DNA of 63,318 nucleotides, the filler included, from Jimgerdemannia flammicorona (Eukaryota), in NCBI GenBank assembly GCA_003990765.1. It is 3 parts of 3 records of this genome, joined end to end, with 100 filler letters (N's around TTAATTAATTAA, not from the genome) between each part and the next. Parts side by side here need not be neighbours in the genome. Positions count along the whole stretch, not along the records: positions 42,295 to 63,318 come from RBNJ01001546.1; 2 more parts are not named here. One strand, written 5' to 3'. Under the pieces are notes generated by a model, which was not told where the DNA came from, did no database searches, and saw only the letters and a program-made list of their open reading frames with translations. A program made the position numbers and the translations under genes. Shown here one piece after another: positions 50,033-60,900 of this stretch (its first letter is position 1; every line of letters starts with the position of its first letter).

Positions 50033-52068
50033 TGTAAGAGGGTTACTTTCTTAGGGTAACTGTTATGTAGTTCTGGAAGGGTTTTTTTAGAAATTCTGGA
50101 TATTCTGGAAGACTGTTTTCTTATGGTCAAGATCAATTTCATATGGAGTACATCCTCTATGCTTATTGATTTCAAGTTTGAGTTGATATCTCAACCAAGT
50201 CCTTTTTCAGACTAGTTCTGGATGTTCAGGATTTTCCATATTTCAGAAAGTTCAAAAAACTAAGACTAGCTTAGTTGAATTGGTATATCGCTGCAGACAA
50301 TACCTAATTAGGAAATTTCGTGATGTGGTTAGGAGTGAGACCTAACAGGGGGTAGATTTACTTAAGAGTGGTTGGAGGGTTATTAAATAGATTTATTCAC
50401 TATTCATACTATTGCTATACTAGGAGAAGTTGTATGAAGGGATATTGTGGGGAAGTGCTCAGGAGTTGTTGTGTTCAGATTGTTCAGGTCTGAGATTCTG
50501 AGGTCTGAGGGAGGGGGTATTTATACTAGTGAGAGGCTATCTGGACTATGCTGAATATAGATGTAGCACTAAGTGTCTTGCTGAGTCAGAATGCAGTCAT
50601 GTAGTATAAGTATGATCTGATATGTCAAGAGATCGTCTGACTGCTGAGTCAGTTCACAGTCATGTCATACAAGGCTAATCTAACTATACTATGACTGCTA
50701 GGCTATTTATAGGTTTAGGCACTGTCTGGGTAGTCTTCGATGACATCACCATCAATTGCATCATCTCTGATGAAGTAGTCATCTAGGAAGAGTGGTTCAC
50801 GGATTACTTCTCCTTGTTCGCTGAGGTAATAATACATTGGAACTTCGTCTCCATCCCACAAGATGGCATCATCAGTCTCATATGTGGGGTAAGGTATTGG
50901 TGGGTAAAGGAGGGGTACATCATCTTTACTTTTATTGGTTTTGCTATCTGCATATCTTCTATAGGTTACAGCACTATGAGTCATGGGGTTGTAGTAAGCT
51001 GGCAGCTGTGGTTCATGTCACTCATACTCAGATAGTGGAGTGGTTGGTTCAATCTTGAGGGTTGTCTGGAGGTATAGGTTATATTCTCCGGTCTCTTCAT
51101 TATAGTTGAAGTAATCAGGGGTGAATGCGGGTTGGTATTTGTGCCAGTGGTCATTGTCCCAATAAGTCTCATATGCTGTTATAAATTGTTGTAAGTTCAT
51201 CAGCAAGGTTGGCGGTGTGATCAGGGTTGGCAGAGATCCTTTGCTAGAGGTCATGTCAGCATTAGAGGGATCATTGTCTTCTGCTTCGTCTTCATCAAAG
51301 TGGATTATATTGTAGATGTCCTTCATGGCATATCCAACTTGGGGCATTTGCAGGATATGATCATTGGGGTGTGGGAAGGTTCTGTCTGTGGTTTTGATGT
51401 ACTTGAGGTACTTATGGTTAAGTTCTTGTATCATGTCATCAATTTGGCCATAGGACAGGGTAGCAACCATTTCAGCTATGGTAACTCAGAGGCAGAGAAT
51501 AACAGTGCTATACTCATAGAAGATTCTCGATGTTTGTGGGCAATGAGCTTCTGGTGTTGAGACATCTGGGTAATGTCTATATTGTGGTGGTGTTCAATCA
51601 TGTCTTCTAGGAGATGGCCGATCTGGAGTAGCTTGAGATTTGTCCGATTTGGTAGACCTCACTAAGCATGTTCAGAGCATTCCATCGGGCTTCCATGAAG
51701 TAGAGGGGTGCTAGGCTATGGATATTCATGAGGGGCAGAGGGGGTGTGGCTTAGTTGACAATGGTATTCCAAATGTCAGCATGGATATAGGTGTAGATCT
51801 TGGTGGTCATGTTTGTGTGTTTGGAAGTTATGATTGTTGTTTATTTTGGTTCTCTGATTCGACACATCTCGGTGCTCAGTATATATGCATTTGGTCCTAA
51901 TTAGTAAGATTCCGTTTGTGTGAGTCTTGTGTTCTGTGACTTCGTATTGACTCAGCTTTGTGCACTGTGACTTCGGTTTGACTCAGCTTTGTGATCAAGC
52001 AGGTAATTTCAGTGGCTTGTTCAGAGGGTGATGTGTAATTTCGGTGGCTTGGAGGTTGTGTGCTTACA
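50033..52068 (-). repeat. Gypsy-3 5' LTR (2036 bp)
   Basis: 6-bp inverted termini, TATAAATA at 50525-50518, AATAAA at 50397-50392, adjacent PBS. Confidence 0.9.
50715..51810 (-). pseudogene. ~365-aa orphan ORF encoded within LTR U3
   Basis: ORFs 51018-51470 and 50715-50984 are in frame. The second LTR copy (43224 downward) repairs two 1-nt deletions and extends the frame to MTT(E/K)IYT. Stops in one copy are CGA/CAA in the other. Confidence 0.8.
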
Positions 52069-52630
52069 CAGACTATGGCGGCAGGGGCTTGAGAAGTGAG
52101 AGTGGCCCACTAGATATCTTTCAAGACTCCTTCAAGCTAGGAGGGTGCAACACTGATGAGATGGAGTCTTGGATGTCAAGGGAGATATGGTACATAGCAC
52201 GCAACAGATCCTGGGAGTACTGAAGGAAAGATGGAGGGGTCTGTGGAGTGAGGAGGAAGGGGGTACTGATGAAGAGGCAATTGAAGACTCACTGGAGGAG
52301 TGGGGGCTGCTACAAGTAGAAGGACTGGGTGATTTGATCTTATCAGTCCAAGAGGAGGAAATCCAGCAGGTCCTTGCAGTAACTAAGCTAGGGATGGCAC
52401 CAGGTGAGGATTGGTTACCTTGGGACTTCTGAAAGAAGATGGCAAAGGTACCTGGAGTTTTAGGAGAGATGACTGCTCTCTGTGATCATGTTCTTCTGAA
52501 TAGCAAGTGGGTTTGAGAGCAGGACTTGGGGCTGGTGGCCTTATTGTACAAAGACAAGAGAAGGAGGCAGGACTGGAAGAACTGGAGACCAATCATACTT
52601 CTGGATATAGACAGAAAGATGGTGACTTGG
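52069..52630 (+). mobile_element. Internal ORF2 fragment of an older LINE (target of Gypsy-3 and of the next LINE)
   Basis: Closely similar to 60791-61348, with APGEDWLPWDF and WKNWRPIILLDIDRK. Confidence 0.9.
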
Positions 52631-53044
52631 CATCTTTCTCCTGTACAATTCATGTTATACAAACTTCAAGCAATGGTTTTCAACACAACTTAGAGAAAAG
52701 GTACTATAAAAATGTCGTTGAGCAAGAGTTCTGAAGGGTGTGCTGGGTCAGGTTGACCTTGGGCTTTCAGCTGGCAGCATGTGGGGAGAGGTTATGGGTT
52801 GGGGATGGGGGCTTTTAGAGGGTTTATGGGTGGTGAAGGCTCTGGAGGAAGACCAGTATCAGGTGGATCTGGGGGGAGGCCTGGTTCCTCCAGTTTTGCT
52901 GACAAGGTGAAGGTGAGTGGATGGCCTGCTGAAACCAGGACTGGTGCTGCTGAGGAGAAGGGCAAGGCTAGCGTCAGGAGGGGGAGTGGCCCTCAGGTGG
53001 AAGATGTGAGTATAGGGGCTGGAGGGGCTGTGGCTGGGGGTATG

Positions 53045-53210
53045 TATTGAGATTACAGGTTACAACTCGATATAGCACTTGATATAGATAATTTGTAGTT
53101 CAGTGGTGTTGGGGTGACATCATCAATAATCGCGTAAAAGCACGTACCATTAGGTGATCAATAAACATTCTTCTTCTCCCATCCTTCCTATTCCTCCTGA
53201 GTTCACAACA
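53045..53210 (+). repeat. Copia 5' LTR
   Basis: Direct repeat of 57796-57961. Confidence 0.96.
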
Positions 53211-56200
53211 AAGGTTATGAGCCCTGCTAGCGAAAGCAGATAATATACACACCTCTTTAGTATATGCTATACTACAACATACAAAGATGTCAAACCCAGG
53301 AAGCCCAAGCTCAAGTGCTGCGATACCAAGCCTGGCAAGTAACACAAGCGGAGCAAGTACTGGCATGGGTACTACAGTCTCTCCAGTGGGTGCCCCAGTG
53401 ATTACTCTGGTGGCAGCTATGACAACAAAAAGGATGATTCCTGTCTTTGATGGTAAGGATTATGCCATATGGGCATACCATATGAGGAATCTCTTGGAGG
53501 AATGCAGTCTAGAGGGCTACTGGAAGCCACAGGCTCAAGTAATGGGATATGATGCAGCAAAGGATCACAAGGCGTTGAGGGAGATCATGTTCACTCTATC
53601 GAATGAGCAAATGAAACTTGTTATGAATGCTATGATAGCGAATAAAGTCTGGGAGACCCTATGCGATCATCATCAACAAGTATCTGCATCCAACAGATTC
53701 CACCTGAAGAGACAGTTATTCAATCTATAGAAGAAGCCCCAAGGAGAGTATTCAAGAGTATGCCAACTGTATCAATGATCTGATGAATCAGGTGAATTCT
53801 CTTTCTACACCAGCAGACCTCATCAGAGAGAAAGACAAGGTCCTGGCCCTTATACGAGGCCTTCCTGATATGTTTAATGTGGTTGTGTCTGCTATGTGGA
53901 AATCTGATAAGCTCTCGGACTATAAGCATATTGTCACAAGCCTATTAAATGATGAATCAAGGCAGAACAATGGTGCAAATAAAGACTATGATGAGAAAGC
54001 ATTCTATGGCACGTGTGGTTGAGGCAAAGGAAAGCCAAGCAAAGGACAAGGACAACGCAATGGTCAACATGTCAAATTCGGCAGTAAGTGCTTCTACTGT
54101 GATAAGCCCAGACATCACATCCAAGACTGCAATCTTAAGAAGAAAGAAAAGAGAGACCAATGTGGTCAAGCGAACATCGTGGACACCAACAATCAAGGTG
54201 GCGATGGAATGTTTTTCACAGAGATGGAGAGCTGCCAACATGCTGATATAAGCTATATGCCTGACAGTGTTAATGTGTGCAGTGAAGAAGTTTGGCTTAT
54301 GGATTCTGGCGCAACATAATATATGACAGCATACTGCAAATAGTTCTCTATGTATGAGAAGTTCGAGCATCCCATACCTATCAAGCTAGGTGACAACAAT
54401 GTGATCTATGCTCAGGGCAAAGGAAATGTCAGTATACATCTGCATGGAAAGGTCGAAGAACCCTCAGGCACCTTTGCAGACATACTATACACTCTAAATA
54501 TAGGCAAAAATCTCTTCTCAATAGGATGAATGATGGCCTGAGGAGACAAAGGAGTAAACATATGTCCAAACGGAGTAACGATAATCAATCTAAAGAACAA
54601 TAAGGAATTAATGTATGCATTGAAAAGAGGAAATCTTTATGCAATCGACGGTATGCCAAACGGTACATTGGCACATTCCACAATGATAAACAACACCTGG
54701 CATATATGGCACGAATGATTAGGACACATTGATCAGACAAGCTTAGAATGGATGATGAGGAATAGCTCAGTGAAAGGATTGCCGAACTGTACATCTCTGA
54801 ACTTCTTTTGCGATGACTGTGTAGTGAATAAGGATTCTCGGAAATCTTTTCAGGAATGGACAAAGCAAGTAAATGGTATACTCAATCTTATACATACTGA
54901 CATTTGCAGTCCCATGCATACATCATCACACTCCAGGAAGAAGTACTTCATTACTTTCATAGATGACTATACTTGTAAGGCCTATGTATACTTCCTCTCT
55001 GCAAAGAGCAAAGCATTTGAGAAATTCAAAGAATTCAAGGCAAGTATGGAGAATGATATGAAACATCAGATAGAGATGCTATGCTCGGATAATGGGACAG
55101 AATATGTAAATAAGTCCTTTAAATATTTTTTAAAAGAGCATAGAATATGATATATTAGAATGGCTCCCTATACACTGCAACAAAATGGCATAGTGGAACA
55201 GTTCAATTGAATGATCGTTGAGATGGCCCAAACAATGATGAATGCAGCTGGCCTGCCACAATCCTTCTGGGCCAAAGCATTGAACACAGCAGTGTATATA
55301 CATAATCGATGCATTTCTCGAGCCTTATGCAAAGAGAGTGACATACAGTCTAAGGATGATAACCTTACACCTGAAGAACTGTGGAGCAGATCCAAGCCTG
55401 ACATCTCACACTTATGGACATTCAGAAGCAAGGCTTACATATTGGATAAAAGTGGAAATAGAGGAAAATTTAAGCCTAAGGTGGATAAGCATATATTCCT
55501 TGAATATGATGGATTAGCATATAGGCTGTGGAATATGCAAAAGCATGATATAATCATCTCTCGCAATGTTCAGTTCAAAGAGAAAGCAAAGGAAATTTGC
55601 ATGGAAATTCCTATACCTGTAACCAATCTAATGGCGAGTGGAATTACACCAACGGTGAGCGCAAATACTACACCAACAATTCTGGCAATGGTGATACAAC
55701 CAATGCCTATGAGATCAACAGTACAAACACCTACAAGACCCCCTGAACTGAGAATTACAGAGATTTTGGATAACAAAGAGGACATCTCTCCAAAGGGTAA
55801 GAAAAAGCACAAATCTGGGATAGATAACAAAGTCCAAGTGGATCTGGGAAATCACTGGGACCCACCCAAGTTATCTCATCGCAAGCAATATTATGTGAAC
55901 TATGCCTGCAAATGCGCTTACATAGCAATGACCAGTAAGCTGGCACACTATGACAAAGCCATTCATTTGAGTGATAAAAAGGAGTGGAAAAAGACAATGG
56001 ATGAGGAGTATGGCTCACTCATCAAGAACAACATGTGGGACTTGGTCCCTCTTCTAGCAAATTGACAAGCCATAGGATCCCAATGGGTGTATAAAATCAA
56101 GCATGATAGCAATGGCAGCGTAGAACAATACAAGGCCCGATTCGTGGCAAAGGGGTATTTATAAGACTTTGGAGTTGACTACGATGAGATGTTTTTCCCA

Positions 56201-57795
56201 GTATTCAAGCTTATTTCACTTAGAATACTTCTTGCGATTGGAGCTAAGTATGACTATGAGATATATCAAATAGACATTATGACAGCCTTCCTAAATAGAG
56301 ATGTGGATACCGATCTATACATTCTTCAACCACAAGGATATAAACTCTATGACAATAAAAAGGAGTTAGTATACAGACTATACAAAGGCCTCTATGGCAT
56401 AAAACAGGCGGTGAGGCTATGAAATCGAAAGATCGACGATTATCTCATAGAAGAGAACAGGTTCAAACGATACAAAGCAGACCCATGCATATATACTCAT
56501 CATATATCCTCAGAAATAGTGTACCTGGGAATTTGGGTTGACGATATCATTCTGGTCAGGACAACAAGTGAGATCAACAAAGTAAAGGCAGTATTATGTA
56601 AGAAGTTCAAAATGACAGATATGGGTGACATGTCTTTCCTTTTGGGGATATCCATCATATGTGACAGGAGCACGTGTACTATACACCTAAGCCAAGAAGC
56701 CTACATTCAGACAATACTCAAGTGATTTGGCATGAGTGAGTGCAAGCTAGTCAGAACACCGATGAAGATGTCTGTGAGACTAAAGAAGTCTGATACACCC
56801 GATGACAACAACATTCCCTATCAACAAGTGGTGGGATCCCTTATGTATCTAATGCTCGGGATGAGACCTGATCTATCACATGCAATTAACAAGGTGGCGC
56901 AATATGCATCATGCTACGACAACTCGCATTGGATGACAATCAAGCATATATTCAGATACATTAAAGGTACAAAGAGCTATATGCTCAATTTGAGTGATAA
57001 AGGAGTTAAAAGATTAAGTGAGAGTACTGTTACAGTAAGCCTTTCTAGCACATGTGATGCTGATTGGACTGGGGACTTACATGACAGAAGGTCTATGATA
57101 GGATACTTCTTCTATCTCGATGATAGTAGAGCCATTTCATGGCAAACTCATAAGCAATCATCAGTAGCAATGTCATCTATACAAGTGGAATATCAAGCAT
57201 TATCAACAGCGATGAAGGAGGCCATCTGGCTTTGTGAACTACTAAAGGATCTGGGATTCCCTCAAGAATCTATGACTATACGACAGGATAACCAATCTAC
57301 CATTGCTTTGGCAAAAAACCCTATACATCATGCAAGGACCAAGCATATCAATATACAGCACTATTATATACGAGAATGTATTGAAAATGAGACTATATGC
57401 CTATTATACACCCTTATGGAGCAAATGGTGGCAGATTTGCTAACAAAGGCCCTTCCAAAGGCAAAGTTTGATTTTTGCACACAAGAAATGGGTATAACGA
57501 TAAGTGATGAGCAAATAATAGCGAACGATGGGTAAAAATAAATATTACGGCAAAACGACAGGTAGAATGAGTGTTACAGCAAATATTTGTGATGGAAACC
57601 TATAACATTGCTCAGGATTTCCATTTTTTTTTTCACTACTTCTCTTACCTATTTTTATGCTTATAAGTGGGGAATTTCGACCTTTTTTGGTCATCTAGAT
57701 AGTATCCCATTGGTAATGTTTTGTTTTCTGCTTAACTTAGCTGGAGATTGATCAGTTTTATTTGTATTTGCATTCTTTATCTCATTGAGCGGGAG

Positions 57796-57961
57796 TGTTG
57801 AGATTACAGGTTATAACTCGATATAGTACTTGATATAGATAATTTGTAGCATAGTGGCGTTGGAGTGACATCATCAATAATCATGTAAAAGCATGTAACA
57901 TTAGGTGATCAATAAACATTCTTCTTCTCCCATCCTTTCTATTCCTCCTGAGTTCACAATA
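57796..57961 (+). repeat. Copia 3' LTR
   Basis: Direct repeat of 53045-53210. Confidence 0.96.
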
Positions 57962-60900
57962 GTATGACTATTGATGGGAGTATGATGGAGAATCAGGAAA
58001 AAAAAAGAGATGTGATAGCTGATAGCCAGGTGGGGCAGGGATTTCTGATGCAGAAGGGGGACCTGGCAGATGGTGTAATAGGGCTGATGGTGGCCCCATT
58101 GCTCAAGAAGTCAATCTCAGAGTTTGCAGCTATCTTGTACTTCTGGGGCTTGGTGGTGACAGTAAGGATGGTCCTGGGGCTTATTTCGAAGCAGGTGGCT
58201 GGGGCAGCCTCAGTGAAGTTCCTGAAGGGTCTGGAGGGGGTTGAGGTGGGCTTTGAGGAGGCAGGCCCACTGGATGAGGCCCTGAAGACTGGAGTAGTGG
58301 TAGAGGAAGTTGTGGTTCCCATAGTGCAGTGCTTGAGGTGGGACGCCAGAGTGGTGCAGCTTCTGGTGAGGGGGGTGCCTACAGTGACAAGAGAGGAGAC
58401 TAGGAGGAGGGTGGAGGAGGTGATGGTAGAGTATGATGATGTGGTGGACATTGGCTTCTAGATGTGGGAGGGGATCACATTCAGGACAGAGGACATTGAT
58501 GTCAGGATTCGACTGATAGGGAAAGAGACCATAAGGAAGATGAGTGACTGGCCCTCAGTGCTGATGTGGGGGGCTTTTGTCTGTAAGGTATTGAGGGTGA
58601 AAGGGAGTGAAGAGGAGAAGGAGGACTTGTTGGAGGCTCTGGAGGAGTTGAGTGGTATAGTAGAGAGAAGGGCAAAAGCCTGGAAGCTGTATGAAGAGTC
58701 GATACATCTGGAGGTTGTGGATGCGAAACATATCTGTACTGATAAGAGGCAGTGGGAGTGGGCCCAGGGGTGCAAGAGACAGAGGGAGCTTTTGGCTAGT
58801 ATAAAAGAAGGGGTGAAGAAGAAGGTAGATGGGGCTGAGGGATCTAGAGGCATCGAAGCTAGTGTCTGGGCTAGTAAAAGAGAAGAGGAGGTGAAGGCGA
58901 ATAAGGAAGGGGCTGAGAAGGTACTGGGTAAGGATCCCTATGCTGATGGTATATTCAAAGTTTGGGAGCAGGACTTGGATGGCACCCCCCCCCCCCCACT
59001 TATCAGGAGGGGCCCAGTTGGGAGAAGAGGGGCAGCAGAGGATGTACTGATGCAGGGGACCCAGAGAGTTCACTTTGGAGTCCTAGATGTGGCAAAAGGG
59101 GGCCAGGTGGTGGCAGTTGGTGAGGACAAGCTGGTGGATATCCCAGAGGAGGAGTGGGATGAGGCTACCAGTGTGGGAGCAGATACTACAATGCTGGATG
59201 CAGGGCAGCCAGGGACTCCTGGAGAGGAGGAGGTGGAGAACCTACTGTAGATGAGCAAGGTGATGAATAATCTTGTGGCTAAGGAGTTGGGAGAAGTTGA
59301 TCTGTGTGTAATGCTGTAGGAGTATTGGGCATAGATTCTGCATGGGGATGGGGTGGTGGAGGCACTGAAGGTGGAGATTCTTACTATTTTCCTAGAGGAG
59401 GAGGGATACAAGGTTGATAAGGTGAGAGAGGTGGAGCTGGTAGTGGTTGCTGGTGAGTGAGCTGTCTACTGTTGGGCAGAGCATCATAGTTTACAACTCT
59501 GGCAAGAGGCATGCCTGGAGTATCATGAGGACTTCGAGGAAAAGGAGGATAGGGTGATGGCTGAACTTCTGGAAGGGTTGGAGGCACAGGCAGCTGAGAA
59601 GAAGGTACTGGCTGCTGAATATGACTTGGACTTGGCACAGGAGGAGTTGAATGTGGATTTGTAGAGGCAGTGACTGATAAATCAACATTATGTCTAATGA
59701 ACAGTACAACTAACATTTTCTCTCTGAATGTGAATGAATTGCAGGGTTCTGGGTAATGTAAGAACATTTTTACTTAGCTTAAGGGATTGGAGGCTGATCT
59801 CTTTTCACTGCAGAATGTATGGTGTGAGGATGAGATAGATCAAGTGGAGTGGACTAGAGAGTGGGGAGGAGCCTCTGCTTAGAATGGCAAAGTGGCAATT
59901 CTGGTGAGGAAGGGCAGAGGGGACTTGAGTGGGATTCAGAGCTGGGGTGACCGTTTGGTCTGGGGAGAATAGCATTGATCTGAGTGGGAATCAGTGAGGG
60001 TTGGCTCCTGCTACTGCCCTGTAGTTAGGGGTGAGCATATTGAGTAGATTAGGGATCTGTTAGAGGAGGGTGTCTTCTTGGAGAAAGGTGCTGATGTTCT
60101 GGGGGGTGACTTTAATATGGTGCAGGATCCACAGCTGGATTGAACTGATGGAGAGAGGAGTATAGGTGGAAGGAGTGATGGACTGGATAAGTGAGAGGAG
60201 GTGGAGACCCTTAGCTCCTTAGGGAATATGGACAGAACATGGTGGGGTGACAAGAGGGTCTATACACACTAGGTAAATAGACTGGGTATAAGGATTGACT
60301 GGATTCTGACAGCTGAATATTGGGGTGTTGATGTTTGGAGGATATTGGCAGTAGAGTGGTGCCCTTGGTCTGACCACTGGGGGCTATTGGGGCAGGGACA
60401 GTTTGGGGGGAGTGGAGATGGACCCAGACATTAGTGCCTTAACTCCTCTCTGCTGGCAGAGCAGGGTTTGTGGGACCTATGGGTGGCAGACATCCAAGTG
60501 AAGATCACCACCTAGATAAGGGAGGGTGCAGCTGTGGGTGTCTGGTGGATGAGACTGAAGAAGGCTACAAGGGTTTATTGAGAAGAAGCTGGTAGGGAGG
60601 CTGGGAGGCAGAGAAGGAAGAGAGTGTGGTATGCTTCCAATAGACTGATTAGATTGCAGATGAAGTAGGCTGAGTTGCTTTGCTCTGCAGCAGTAGAGGA
60701 TTGGAGGTTGGAGTGGGCAAAATTGGAGGTAATAGAACTGCAACATATATTGTGAGCTGAGGAGGAGATTCACATAAAAGGAATGGCTGCCAGACTATGG
60801 TGGCAGGGACTTGAGGAGAGAGAGTGGCCCACTAGATACCTGTCAAGGCTCCTCTAAGCTAGAAGTATGTGACACAGATGAGATAGGGTCTTGGATGCTG

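Larger units (their letters stand above)
42583..52068 (-). mobile_element. Ty3/Gypsy chromovirus-type element 'Gypsy-3' with 2-kb LTRs
   Basis: 5' LTR 50033-52068 (TGTAAG..CTTACA). PBS TAGTAGCAGTGG. Gag MVNQQILDLTAQVA and CFYCRKTEHMASAC, then dUTPase, MIDSGASGNFIS, RT (MPFGL, YIDN), RH (TTDTSD), IN (MDFIVQLP) and a chromodomain (~44100-43980). PPT AGAAGGGGAGAG at ~43525-43514. Partial 3' LTR at 42583-43512. Confidence 0.95.
53045..57961 (+). mobile_element. Full-length Ty1/Copia element (inactivated by stops)
   Basis: 166-bp LTRs at 53045-53210 and 57796-57961. TSD GTATG at 53040-53044 and 57962-57966. PBS GGTTATGAGCCCTGC and PPT GAGCGGGAG. Motifs: gag, [64 protein letters not shown]. Confidence 0.97.
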
